Positions 46,387 to 56,469 of a DNA stretch of 64,000 nucleotides are shown here, one piece after another. The translations under genes were made by a program, and so were the position numbers. Below the pieces are notes generated by a model. It was not told the DNA's origin, did no database searches, and worked only from the letters and a program-made list of their open reading frames with translations. Location of the stretch: the NCBI GenBank assembly GCA_035653255.1, contig DASRCF010000089.1, positions 1,814 through 65,813 of the forward strand, in the 5' to 3' direction. Origin of the DNA: Chloroflexota bacterium (GTDB taxonomy: Bacteria > Chloroflexota > UBA5177 > JAJPKF01). How positions within the stretch are numbered: the stretch's first letter is position 1; each line of letters begins with the position of its first letter.

Positions 46387-48066
46387 TTGAAGCGCTGGCT
46401 GGCCCTTCCGCCCGCCGTTTCGCTGACCTTGCTCTCGTTCGCGGTCTACATGCTGACCCTGCCGGCTGATCTTCGTAACAATGCCGATACCGTGGACCGC
46501 TTTTTCGTCACCCGTAGCCTCCTCCACGGTCACCTCAGCATTGTCTGCGGTCAGCTGAAGAACGCCGACACGCGACTTGCTTTCGGACGGCACCACTGTC
46601 TCTACGCCGTCTACGCTCCTGGCCAGTCGCTGCTGATGGCGCCGCTCTATGTCGCCGGCAAGATCGCTGCCCTCATCACCCAGGCTCCGTCGGCCTTCGC
46701 AGTCGCCATCTCGGTCAGATCTCTCGACGCCGTTCTGGCTGCCCTCTGCGTCGCCGTGTTCTTCTTCCTCTGTGTCGAGGCCGGCTACAGCCGTCGCACC
46801 GCCATCATCCTTGGATTGATCCTGGCCTTCGCCTCCACCCTCTGGCCGGATCAACAGAGCGGTCAGGAGCACACCCAGGTAACGCTTGCTCTTCTGGTCT
46901 CGGGATATGCCGCGCTGAAGTCAGTACGGCTGCCGCGCTCACGCCCCTCCGAGCGCGACGCACCGCCGTCTAGGTGGCGCACCTCGGAAGTCTGGACCTA
47001 TGGCTCGGGGGCCGCGGCTGGGTTCGGCCTGCTCACCCGCTACGACTTCGCGGTTTCCGCGGCCATCGTCTTCCTGTTCTTGGCCTGGGCTTCAAGTCGT
47101 GACTCGTGGCGAACCACGGCGGAGACCGGCGTCCGTTTCATGGTGGGAATGCTGCCATTCCTGGTGGCCGACGGGCTCTGGAATCTCGTTCGCTTCGGCT
47201 CTTTCTTCAGCACTGGACGTGCGCCCGCCGACCAGTTCGGCTTTCCCATCTGGCAGGGCATCGCCAACCTGCTGGCGAGCCCAGGCAAGGGGATCATCTG
47301 GTATGTCCCGCTGGTTTGGTTGCTACCGCTGGCCGCGGCGTCGTTCTTCCGGCGCTCGCGTCCACTGTTCTGGTTGTGCGCGGGTCTGGTCGCGAGCGCG
47401 GTGCTGTTCTATGCCAACGTCATCTACTGGCACGGAGATCCGGGATGGGGACCGCGGTACCTCTTTCCCGTCGTTCCATTTGTCGTCTTACCCCTCGGTG
47501 AGCTGCTGGAGCGCTGGAAGAAATATCGAGGTTGGCTCAGGGGCTCCATCATCGCTGTTGTGGGTCTGAGCCTGGTTCTCCAGCTGGCCGCCGTCTCGGT
47601 GGATCCCTGGCGGTTCTGGTATCACCTGATTCACCAGCGCCAGAGCCAGGGGCAGGTCTGGGTCTGGAGCCCGACGCACTACAGCTACTACTGGAATCTT
47701 GCCGACGCTCCCGAACTGTACCAGTTCGTCGCCGCCAAGGACGTGCTCGATATCGCGCTCGGCAACAAGCAGGCCTACATTAGGCCGGTGGCCGCCTGCT
47801 TCTCAGGCCGAAACACCGGCACGCTCGGCGGCGTCTCGTGCCGGCCGCTCGATACCATCAGTCCCATCTGGCTCAACGACCGTTACCAGTGGGTGACGCC
47901 GGGGCCGGTGGCGCTTTCCCTGCCCGAACGCGTCATCATCGTCGGCGTGCTGCTCCTCATTGCCGGATACGGAGGGCTAGCCCTTGGGCTGTACGGGCCG
48001 GCAAGGACCGAAGCGTCGAAGCTGAACCGTAGCTCAAGGGTATTGCAGCCCGGTCCACCGGCCTGA
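46387..48066 (+). CDS. polytopic membrane protein, GT-C-like (third putative glycosyltransferase)
   Basis: The 559-aa protein has more than 10 TM helices and a large C-terminal periplasmic-type domain. It is divergent from the two GT-C genes. Confidence 0.55.
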   Translation: MKRWLALPPAVSLTLLSFAVYMLTLPADLRNNADTVDRFFVTRSLLHGHLSIVCGQLKNADTRLAFGRHHCLYAVYAPGQSLLMAPLYVAGKIAALITQAPSAFAVAISVRSLDAVLAALCVAVFFFLCVEAGYSRRTAIILGLILAFASTLWPDQQSGQEHTQVTLALLVSGYAALKSVRLPRSRPSERDAPPSRWRTSEVWTYGSGAAAGFGLLTRYDFAVSAAIVFLFLAWASSRDSWRTTAETGVRFMVGMLPFLVADGLWNLVRFGSFFSTGRAPADQFGFPIWQGIANLLASPGKGIIWYVPLVWLLPLAAASFFRRSRPLFWLCAGLVASAVLFYANVIYWHGDPGWGPRYLFPVVPFVVLPLGELLERWKKYRGWLRGSIIAVVGLSLVLQLAAVSVDPWRFWYHLIHQRQSQGQVWVWSPTHYSYYWNLADAPELYQFVAAKDVLDIALGNKQAYIRPVAACFSGRNTGTLGGVSCRPLDTISPIWLNDRYQWVTPGPVALSLPERVIIVGVLLLIAGYGGLALGLYGPARTEASKLNRSSRVLQPGPPA

Positions 48067-48090
48067 TACTGTAAAGCGACCGGGAGGGCA

Positions 48091-49767
48091 GTGATGTCTG
48101 CGATTGTGATGCCGATACGTGTGCTGGTCGCCGCACTCGCGGCTTTTCTCGGGGCGACATTGCTCGTACAGTATGTTGCGCCATCTACCCGCGGCGCCGC
48201 TCCGGCTCGCTCGCGGCCGGCGCCCGGCTCGGCTGCCGGCCTGGTGCAGCACGGAACGGGAGTGCTGTCGGCCTATCGAGACCTCGGCTCCGTGACCAGA
48301 GGTCAGGTGTCACTGGTCTTGACCATGCGCACGCGACGATTCTCGAGCCGGTCGAAGGGGTCAATGCTCCACGTCGATCCCTTCCGTTCGCGGTACGCTC
48401 CCTCCGCCCATTCTTTGCGGCGCGTCGAGCGCTACCTCCGACTTCGTGGGCTCGGGGTTGCGCCGCAGCTCGACGGCGCGTGGCTCCTTGTTCGCGGGGC
48501 GGTGGACCGAGTGGACCGAATCTTCCACATCGACGTTCACCGCTATGGACGGAGACATCTGCCGGCGTTCGAGTCGAGCTCGCCCGGCACCGTGCCCACC
48601 GATATTCGAGGGATGGTCTCCGGGGCGGGCCGCATCTCGACGATGCCCATCCGGACCGACATCGTCCCGGCCGGCGGGTTCAGCCCCTCCGGAATCCAGG
48701 CGGCCTATGACATCACCCCGTTGATCAATCAGGGTATTGACGGCCGGGGCCAGACCGTCGTCTTCGTCGAGATCGACGGGCTCGACGGTGCGTCGCTCAA
48801 GGCCTACGCCGCTCGTTTCCACCTGCCACCCTTCCACATCACCGTTCACGGACCGGCCTTCCAGCCGGGAGATGAAGCCACCATGGATGTCGAGGTCGTT
48901 CATGCCATCGCGCCCATGGCCAAGCTTGTCGTGTACAACATCCCTGGAAATACCAGCAACGCGGAATGGGACAGCAGGACCGCCCAGATGATCTCCCACG
49001 TCTCCGGAGACGTCATCAGCGAGAGCGTCGGGCTCTGCGAATCCGACTGGAGCGCGGCGGATTTGCGGGCCCTTCAGCTCGCGTATGTCAAGGCTGACCT
49101 CAGTGGCGAGGCGCCGTTCGCTTCCACCGGAGACAATGGCGCCTTCGGCTGCATTCAAAACGGGCAGGTTCCGTCGACCTCCAATCTCGGCATCCAGGTT
49201 CCCGCCGGCTGTCCCGGCGTCACGGCCGTGGGCGGAACGCGTCTCAGCGTGACGTCAAGCGGCTCATGGTTTGATGAGACGGCGTGGGAGGATCCCATCG
49301 AAACGGGCGGAAGCGGCGGCGGGCCCAGCATCTTCTTCAAGCAGCCGGGCTGGCAGAAGGCGCCCGGCGTAGCCGCTCAGGACATCCTGAACAATCCGAG
49401 CCATGGACGCATGGTTCCGGATGTCTCCGCCGATGCCGACAACGCGAGCGGCATGGACATCAATCTCACCGGAGGGCGGAGCGAAGGCGGAGGCACCAGC
49501 CAGGCGGCGCCGATATGGGCGGCCATCACCGCCCTGGCCGACGAGTACCTCGGGAGCCATCACCACGCCCCGGTCGGCTGGATGAATCCGGCGCTCTACC
49601 ACTTGGCCTCGACGAAGCAACCCTTTCCGCCATTCCACGACGTCGTCACGGGGACCAACCTCAACTACCCCGCGGCGACGGGCTATGACATGGCCACCGG
49701 CCTCGGATCACCCGATGCCTACAACCTGGCCCGGGACCTACTTCATTACTCGCCGGCCCACCCGTGA
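48091..49767 (+). CDS. S53 family peptidase (sedolisin), second copy
   Basis: It has a signal/TM N-terminus, a pro-domain, the catalytic 'GGTSQAAPIWAA', and an Asp/Glu triad context ('EATMDVE'). Confidence 0.85.
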   Translation: MMSAIVMPIRVLVAALAAFLGATLLVQYVAPSTRGAAPARSRPAPGSAAGLVQHGTGVLSAYRDLGSVTRGQVSLVLTMRTRRFSSRSKGSMLHVDPFRSRYAPSAHSLRRVERYLRLRGLGVAPQLDGAWLLVRGAVDRVDRIFHIDVHRYGRRHLPAFESSSPGTVPTDIRGMVSGAGRISTMPIRTDIVPAGGFSPSGIQAAYDITPLINQGIDGRGQTVVFVEIDGLDGASLKAYAARFHLPPFHITVHGPAFQPGDEATMDVEVVHAIAPMAKLVVYNIPGNTSNAEWDSRTAQMISHVSGDVISESVGLCESDWSAADLRALQLAYVKADLSGEAPFASTGDNGAFGCIQNGQVPSTSNLGIQVPAGCPGVTAVGGTRLSVTSSGSWFDETAWEDPIETGGSGGGPSIFFKQPGWQKAPGVAAQDILNNPSHGRMVPDVSADADNASGMDINLTGGRSEGGGTSQAAPIWAAITALADEYLGSHHHAPVGWMNPALYHLASTKQPFPPFHDVVTGTNLNYPAATGYDMATGLGSPDAYNLARDLLHYSPAHP

Positions 49768-50912
49768 GCGAGCAGAGCCTCCCTCCCACCGAAAAGATCT
49801 GCCCCGTCTGTGGCCAGGACGTTCCCGCAGGCGAGTACTGCGGCGCCTGCGGAGCGTACCTGAGAACCGGTTCGGCGGCGCGTAGCCACGCTTTCGCCGC
49901 TCACCCCGAGGAGCACCTCTTCCATCCGGGAATCATCTCCACGCTCTTCCCGCATCTGCCCAGGCGGCATGCAGCCCCATTCCGGCTGGCACTGCTCGCC
50001 GGCGTCGTCGTTCTGGTGGTCTTCGGACTACTTGGTTTGACCGGTGCCGGGATCGCTACAGCGGCGCTCGTAGTGCCCTTGCTCTATCTCATCTACCTGT
50101 ACGAGGTGGACGTCTACGAGGACGAGCCGCTCATCGTCATCGGGTCAACTTTCATTTTGGGACTCCTGATCGGGATTCCCTGGGCTCTCTACACGGGGCA
50201 TTTCAGCACAGACACCCTGGTTGCCAACGCCACCTTCGGCGCTCCGCTCTGGAAGATCCTTGCCTACGGCCCCGGTCTTTCGCTGGCGGCTCAGGCCCTA
50301 ATGCTGGTCGGATGCCTGGTCATCTATGCCCGCAAGCGCTATGACGAGGTGCTGGACGGCTTTGTCTTCGGCGCCGCAGGAGCGCTCGGGTTCACGCTGG
50401 CGGTCACGGTGGTCGAGCTGTGGCCGCAGCTCAGCCAGGGAGTCAGGAGCGGGGCACCGACCGTCGACAACACCCTGGCGATCCTCGGCCGCGGCCTTCT
50501 CCTACCCTTCATTGCCGCCACCGCGACAGGGTTGATCGGCGGCGCCCTCTGGCTTCGCCGTGGCAAGACCAGGCCGGCAACGGCCTTTGGCTGGACGACA
50601 AGAATCGACTCCGTCGTGCTGCTGGTGATCTGCCTCTGGGTCGGCCTGGGCCTGGTCAATGTATTGGTGACCTCGATCGTGGTCACGGTGTGCATCTACG
50701 CGGCTGTCGCGATGGTGTTGTTGCTAGCGGCTCGGGTCGCGCTGCACCACATGCTGCTGGCCGAGGCCGTCGATACCAGGGTCGGGCCTGACACCGTCTG
50801 TTTTCACTGCCATCATTCCGTGCCACGAATGGCGTTCTGTCCCCATTGCGGCGTCGCTACCAGAGCCACGCCGAAGACCGGTCATGGCCGGCTGGAGAGG
50901 GCGTACCGATGA
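49764..50912 (+). CDS. membrane protein with N- and C-terminal zinc-ribbon motifs, possibly a PrsW-family intramembrane protease
   Basis: The N-terminus carries 'CPVCG...CGACG' and the C-terminus 'CFHCHH...CPHCG'. The 'DGFVFGAAGALGF...E' motif is PrsW-like. It overlaps the S53 stop by 4 nt. Confidence 0.5.
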   Translation: MSEQSLPPTEKICPVCGQDVPAGEYCGACGAYLRTGSAARSHAFAAHPEEHLFHPGIISTLFPHLPRRHAAPFRLALLAGVVVLVVFGLLGLTGAGIATAALVVPLLYLIYLYEVDVYEDEPLIVIGSTFILGLLIGIPWALYTGHFSTDTLVANATFGAPLWKILAYGPGLSLAAQALMLVGCLVIYARKRYDEVLDGFVFGAAGALGFTLAVTVVELWPQLSQGVRSGAPTVDNTLAILGRGLLLPFIAATATGLIGGALWLRRGKTRPATAFGWTTRIDSVVLLVICLWVGLGLVNVLVTSIVVTVCIYAAVAMVLLLAARVALHHMLLAEAVDTRVGPDTVCFHCHHSVPRMAFCPHCGVATRATPKTGHGRLERAYR

Positions 50913-50964
50913 GCGGTCGAGGGATGCTTGATGTGCGCGGTCCGATGATACCCGGAGCGAGCGC

Positions 50965-51654
50965 ATGAGTGTCGCCGCTGCCACCCTTCCTGTTCCGCAG
51001 AAGGCGCACCGCCATCATATTTGGCTGACTGCCGGTGGAGTACTGGTCGCATTCATCGTGTTGTTGAACATCCTCGCGGCTCTGGGTCAAAGCGCCAACA
51101 AATGCGTCCACTCGTGCCGCATCCCACCGCCGCCGGTCTCGTCTCCGGCAGCTGCGTCATCAAGATTCCACAGCTCGGGACTGGGCTTCACTCTCTCCTA
51201 TGACAAGAGCGTCACCGGCTCCCCCAGCAACCAGACCGGCAGCTCCGTGGCCTGGCAGTGGCCGCTAAAGAGTGGCGGCTATTTCGACGCGCAGTTTCAG
51301 GGCAGCCGTGCGCGGGGAACCTCGCCCCTTCAGCTCGTCAACGCCCTCCACGGCAGAAGCTTCTCGCAGTTCCAACCCATATATCCGGTGGCCGGAGCCG
51401 AGATCGGATACGTTCTTGGTGCCGGCGAGGTATACGAGGGCCAGTGGACACCGCTCCAGGGTCAGAGCCAGACTGAGCGCATGGTGATCATGGCCGCGAT
51501 CAAGGGCGGCGTCGGAGTGACCTTGGTGTGCGAGGGGCCAAAGACGGCCGATAACGGGTCGCATCCCAATCCGGCCCAGATCGGCGTCGGCGCCGACCAA
51601 TGGTGCGACCAGACGCTGAATACGGTCACGTGGCCGGGGGAAAAGCCTCTCTAG
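50965..51654 (+). CDS. hypothetical membrane-anchored protein
   Basis: A single N-terminal TM helix precedes an otherwise unrecognised domain. Confidence 0.5.
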   Translation: MSVAAATLPVPQKAHRHHIWLTAGGVLVAFIVLLNILAALGQSANKCVHSCRIPPPPVSSPAAASSRFHSSGLGFTLSYDKSVTGSPSNQTGSSVAWQWPLKSGGYFDAQFQGSRARGTSPLQLVNALHGRSFSQFQPIYPVAGAEIGYVLGAGEVYEGQWTPLQGQSQTERMVIMAAIKGGVGVTLVCEGPKTADNGSHPNPAQIGVGADQWCDQTLNTVTWPGEKPL

Positions 51655-51737
51655 CGCTTCTAGCTCCCACGCCCCACCGTTTAGCGCGCATCTTCGCTGA
51701 GCTCGCCAGCGGGCACGGTGGCCGGCTCAGCGGAGAG

Positions 51738-51812
51738 TGGAGGCGACGGCCGGAATCGAACCGGCGATAGAGGTTTTGCAGACCTCCGCCTTAACCACTT
51801 GGCCACGTCGCC
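51738..51812 (-). tRNA. tRNA-Cys (GCA)
   Basis: The cloverleaf was folded by hand. It has acceptor GGCGACG/CGTCGCC, anticodon loop CTGCAAA, T-loop TTCGATT and an encoded CCA. Confidence 0.85.
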
Positions 51813-51822
51813 GAAATAAAAA

Positions 51823-51897
51823 TGGAGCGGAAGACGAGGTTCGAACTCGCGACCTTCTCCTTGGCAAGGAGACGCGCTACCACTGCGCCACTTCCGC
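51823..51897 (-). tRNA. tRNA-Gly (GCC)
   Basis: It has acceptor GCGGAAG/CTTCCGC, anticodon loop TTGCCAA, T-loop TTCGAAC and an encoded CCA. Confidence 0.85.
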
Positions 51898-52148
51898 TCG
51901 CGGGCGCTCTCCGGCGCCGCTTCACCCTCTGTTGTACCATCGCCGACCGCCCCGGTCAAGCACCTGAACGCTTCCGACGTTGCCGAGGGCAGCGTCTTCG
52001 CTGTCGACTGGATCATGCCTCAGTCATACGACCGCAGATGAACTTCAGGCTGAAGGTGGTCATTAGGTAGGCAACGTAGAATGAGGACAGCACCGACCCG
52101 CAGAGGTCGTGGCCATGTCCTGAGCTTGGCCGCTCGAAAGGACATGAC

Positions 52149-53204
52149 ATGAGCTCGATTTTCTTCCGCCCTTCGAGCACCTTGCTTGAGACGCACGGCT
52201 GGGACGGCACCTCGGTCTTTGCCCTGCTGTCTCCGGGGCGCCTGGCTCGGCTGACCCAAACCACTCCAGATGCCCTTCCCAGCGAGTGTGGGCCTGGAGA
52301 GTGGCTGCCCTCGACAGAATGGCGGCGGGAAGACGCGGACTTTGCTGCCGTTTCCACGGACGAGCTGTTTGACTGCCTGCCGAGATGGGAGGCTGCCGTC
52401 CATCGGTGCGCTTTCGAAGGCCAACGAGGAAAGTATGGGCGCCCCGCGGCGGGTCGCCTCCGGCTGCTGAGTCGCGTGGAACGGTGGAGCCGTCGGGACC
52501 TGTGGCTATGGTGCTGGCAGCAGGTGCAGGCCTGTCTCGATCATCTCAACCCTCAACCGTCCGACGACGGCCGGTTGATCGCCGCGGTCGAGGCGGCCAG
52601 AGACCACCACGAGGGGAGGACCAGCCTCGACGCGCTGGCCGAGGCTCGGCGCCGGGCCAAGGAGTTCTACGCCGAGATCCCTCCGGAAGACTATTCAGAG
52701 CGGCGTTCATGGATCCCCATGCGCCGGGCGGCCTATGCTGCTCGTGCCTCCATCCTGATCGCCACGCCGAATCCAGGCCACTACCCGTCGGGCTACACGG
52801 CCATGGCCGCGGCCCAGATCGCCCACGACATGCACAACCAGCATCCAGAGGGGTATATCTCGACGAAATGGCTGGGTGTCAGCCGGATCGCCAGCTTCCT
52901 CGACTGGCTGGACGCCGGAGAGCTTTGGGAGCGCGACCTCATCAGGCACGACCTGTGGCCGGATGGCCAGGGTCGCCGGGCGCCCATCGACCTGCCTATT
53001 CTGCCGGGTGATCCGGCGATCCGCTCTTTCGACTGGGAAGCCGGGCACAGCGCGGTTCAACCGATTCGAACCGATCAGTACGAAGGCGTGCTGCAGCCGC
53101 GGTCTTGCATCGCCCCCGAGGGCAATTCCTATCTAGAACAGGATGGCGTGCCCGCCACCCGACGCTACCGACCCGGCCTCTTGGCGCTCGACCTACAGAG
53201 ATAG
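52149..53204 (+). CDS. hypothetical protein
   Basis: SD AAAGGA lies 7 nt before ATG. The 351-aa product has no recognisable family. It is adjacent to the tRNA pair. Confidence 0.55.
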   Translation: MSSIFFRPSSTLLETHGWDGTSVFALLSPGRLARLTQTTPDALPSECGPGEWLPSTEWRREDADFAAVSTDELFDCLPRWEAAVHRCAFEGQRGKYGRPAAGRLRLLSRVERWSRRDLWLWCWQQVQACLDHLNPQPSDDGRLIAAVEAARDHHEGRTSLDALAEARRRAKEFYAEIPPEDYSERRSWIPMRRAAYAARASILIATPNPGHYPSGYTAMAAAQIAHDMHNQHPEGYISTKWLGVSRIASFLDWLDAGELWERDLIRHDLWPDGQGRRAPIDLPILPGDPAIRSFDWEAGHSAVQPIRTDQYEGVLQPRSCIAPEGNSYLEQDGVPATRRYRPGLLALDLQR

Positions 53205-54593
53205 CGCGGTCAACGGGTGCAGGAAGTCGTAGATGGGAATGCCACATTCCAAACACCTGTCCTCAGCAGCCACAGCTGGCACTCCCACCTCCGACCCCAC
53301 TTCTGGACGAGGCCCAAATTACGCCACCCTGTCCAAGATGTAACTGCTTCCTTGGCGAACTCGCGAGATGCCATCCCGGGGCTGCTGACCAGGATTGGAC
53401 GTGGAAGAACTTCTCTATCGATTTGGTCTCGACTAAGAGTCTGCGTGACACTACAGCACGCTGCATCCGAGTCGTAGCGGCCTCCAAGCGGAATAAGGCT
53501 TCCGCACGGGGTCTCCGTCAGAAGCCGAACTCAGCGCCTGGATGCCTCGTCCGCCCAACTTTCGCTCCTCGAACGGGAGTTAGCCGTAGTAAGAAACGGG
53601 GAAAAGCCCGTATCATGACGCAAACGTCCAACCTGACCCGCTCGCCGAGGAAGTAGCAGAGCGTTTCAGCACGCGTTCGGAAGGGCACAAGAACCCAATG
53701 AAGACGCATATCGACAACGCCAAGTCGGCGCTTGACGCCTCGCTTCCCGAGCGGGTGCGGGAGCGAGCTGTCCTCGCGCTATCGAAGTAGTAGCGCCCCC
53801 CGTGAATCTCGGGCTGGCCGGGAAGACCTCCCGAAAGTAGCGTGAAGAAGAAGTTGACGAAGATGAACAGACCCAGACATATGGTTACGACACGAATCGG
53901 TCTCGGCAGCGCGCTGAGCAGCTGGATAGGAGACATCGCACGCGCCCTCCATCGCCCACCCTTCGTTCCGCTGGGACGGGACCGGCGCCACAGGAGCATT
54001 GCGAACCAGACCGGAAACAGCGCTGCGAACAGCGCTTCCTAAGTCCACGGTATGCAGCTGACGTCAACCGGCAGCCACGTAATCGCCGTCAACGCGGCGG
54101 CCGCGGCAAGCCCTATACCGCCGGCGGCCTGGAGCACCCAAAGCAGCACATCATCCCCTGTGGGCGGATCCTGTCTCTCTACTATCGATCAAGTCCAACC
54201 CTAAGCGGGTTACGTCCAGCCTGCCACAACACGCCACAAGGATTGTCTTGGGCTTTGTTGGATGGGGCATGCAGCCGAGATAATCCGTTAGACGGATGCC
54301 AGGTTGGCTTCGACGTTAGTTGAAAAGAGGCTTCCGGCACACTAGCGCAGCCTACCTAGGAGAAGACGCCCCACTCGGCCATGGGGTCTGTGTCAGGGCG
54401 GAATATCGCGACGGCGAGACCTGGGCTGAGCGTAACATCTACATGGCTCAGCTACGATTGGCTCGGCCCCCCTCTCTCGCTTCTTCCAAGGTCGATCGCC
54501 GGAAGCCGTTCTGGCACGGTAGTTGCGCACCATGATGCGAGCGCGAGTGCCTCATGAGTCCACTCGCCGAGGTCGGCAGCAAGGTGGCGAATC

Positions 54594-55070
54594 ATGACGT
54601 CGTGGTTTCGAGAGCACGTACACCCGGCGGCCTGGGGGGCAATCTTCGGGTTCGCGGCCACGATCCCTATGACCGGCTTCATGCTGCTGGCCCACAGGCT
54701 GCTGCCAAAGACGCAACAGTATGCCCTGCCACCCCAGCGGATCACCAACAGGCTGGCCGAACGAGCCGGCTTGCGAAAACACCTCGACCGCCGCCAGCTT
54801 CTGCTGGGCACGCTGGCATCGCATTTTGGATACGGAACGACCTGCGGCGCCGTCTACGGTCTGCTCCTGAGCAGGTTTGGGCGGTCCTGGCTCACTGCTC
54901 CGCTGTTCGGCCTGCTCGTTTGGGCCGTGAGCTATCTCGGCTGGCTGCCCGCCTTTCACATCCTGCCTCCGACGACCCAAGAGCCTCCGGGCCGTGGCCG
55001 GCTGATCGTCGGCGCCCACCTCGTGTGGGGCGGCTCGATGGGCGGCCTCTGGATGTTCAGGCGGTCTTGA
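54594..55070 (+). CDS. hypothetical small membrane protein
   Basis: SD AAGGTGG is followed by ATG. The 158-aa product has four predicted TM helices. Confidence 0.5.
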   Translation: MTSWFREHVHPAAWGAIFGFAATIPMTGFMLLAHRLLPKTQQYALPPQRITNRLAERAGLRKHLDRRQLLLGTLASHFGYGTTCGAVYGLLLSRFGRSWLTAPLFGLLVWAVSYLGWLPAFHILPPTTQEPPGRGRLIVGAHLVWGGSMGGLWMFRRS

Positions 55071-55311
55071 GCACCGGCTCCAGTTTCGTCAACGTGTCCT
55101 TGATAGCCGGAAATGCCGGCCGTCGGTACTCGATCCCTCTGCAACATTGTTAAAATTGCCCATTCCACGGGTCCCGAAGCCAAGGCCGAGGTGAGACCGC
55201 CCGGTCGAGGCGCAGCTAACGTTCGAAGCTCTCCTTTCGGTGACGCATATCGAGGGCAGCTTGAGCCTGACGGTGAGTCCATCCACGCCGCCGGCCGGCG
55301 TCCGTAACTGA

Positions 55312-55815
55312 AGCATTCAGACTCGGAGGACGCAACCCCCTATCGAACGAAACGTACGTCAACGTCGTCGGGCTGAGCTATCGCGTCACCTGCTCCGTGC
55401 ACGCGATTTCATCGATACGAACTACGACCGGGCGCTGTCGATACCAGCTATCGCCCGGGCAGCCCATCTGTCGTCAGCGCACTTTGCACGCCAGTTTCGG
55501 GCCGCGTTCGGCGAAACGCCCCATCAGTACCTCAGCAGCCGGCGACTGGAACGAGCCGCCTCCCTCCTCCGTAACACCGATTACTCGGTCGCGCGCGTTT
55601 GCATGTCCGTCGGCCTCACGAGCGTGGGCTCATTCGCCTCCGCCTTCGGACGGGCGTATGGGCTTGCACCGACCCGCTATCGGGCTCAGCACCTGCCGGC
55701 GCTGATGGCCCGGGTGATTCCCCCGTGTGTTCTGGAGGCGGTCGAGCGCCCGCAATTGAGCAGGATAGAAGAAGACAGAGCCACGGCCCGACGGATAGAA
55801 GTGGGTGTAGCTTAA
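55312..55815 (+). pseudogene. AraC/XylS-family HTH domain only, no canonical start codon (probable truncated regulator)
   Basis: The open frame from stop to stop translates to a complete AraC-type dual-HTH ('...FIDTNYDRALSIPAIARAAHLSSAHFARQFRAAFGETPHQYLSSRRLERAASLLRNTDYSVARVCMSVGLTSVGSFASAFGRAYGLAPTRYR'). There is no upstream ligand-binding domain and no ATG/GTG/TTG before the HTH. Confidence 0.45.
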
Positions 55816-55834
55816 TCCGTCAAAGGAGGCTGAG

Positions 55835-56251
55835 ATGACATTGCAGGTGAGTCACGCGACATTGTGGGTGCGCGACCAGAACGAGGCGCTGGAGTTCTTC
55901 AGGAAGCTGGGCTTTGAGGTCCGGGAAGATGTCACGAACGGCGACTTTCGGTGGCTCTCGGTCAGCTCGAAGGATCAGCCGGGCATTGCCGTCGTTCTTT
56001 CGAAGCCGGGGTTTCCGATGGATGAGGCGACGGCAGAGGACGTGGAGAACGCGGTAGCCAAGGGGATGCTGAGCTCCATAGTGTTCACGACCGACGACTG
56101 CTTTGCGTCCTATGAGGAACTGAAGGCGAAGGGCATCGAATTCACGCGGCCCGCGGAAGACCGCGGATACGGTATCGATGCCTCGTTTCGAGATCCGTCC
56201 GGGAACGAGTTCCGAATCCTGCAGCAGACGCGGCACCCGGCACAGGCATGA
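55835..56251 (+). CDS. VOC/glyoxalase-bleomycin-resistance family protein
   Basis: The 138-aa product has the VOC fold N-terminus 'HATLWVRDQNEALEFFRKLGFEV'. Confidence 0.75.
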   Translation: MTLQVSHATLWVRDQNEALEFFRKLGFEVREDVTNGDFRWLSVSSKDQPGIAVVLSKPGFPMDEATAEDVENAVAKGMLSSIVFTTDDCFASYEELKAKGIEFTRPAEDRGYGIDASFRDPSGNEFRILQQTRHPAQA

Positions 56252-56435
56252 CTACGTCCGATCCGATACTTTAGGAATAGATATTCGGGGTCACTCTCGA
56301 CGATTGACACCCGGAGGTACACCGGCGCTCCTGGACACGGGATTCCCAAGCTCTTCCCCGCGACGGCGCCAATACCGCTAACCGACGCGACCAAGGCGAA
56401 GATCTCCGCACCGGCGAGAAAAGCCGGGAACTGAG

Positions 56436-56469
56436 GTAGAAGAGCCGGCAAAATGGCCGGCTCTTCTAC
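56436..56469. terminator. strong 14-bp perfect hairpin (GTAGAAGAGCCGGC aaaatg GCCGGCTCTTCTAC) in a noncoding region
   Basis: It is read directly from the sequence. Its orientation and function are unclear, and no U-tract is immediately adjacent. Confidence 0.3.

Noticed and set aside
51655-52148. Possible integrative element at the tRNA-Cys/Gly pair
   Set aside because: No integrase or recombinase ORF and no direct repeat of either tRNA 3' end were found in the window. Only indirect signs (a decayed region) are present.
53613-54120. Minus-strand hydrophobic frames (53613-53999 and the continuation past an in-frame TAG near 54057)
   Set aside because: The frame is interrupted and lacks a convincing start or SD. 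It was treated as possible pseudogene debris rather than a callable CDS, and is mentioned under the tRNA-adjacent finding.
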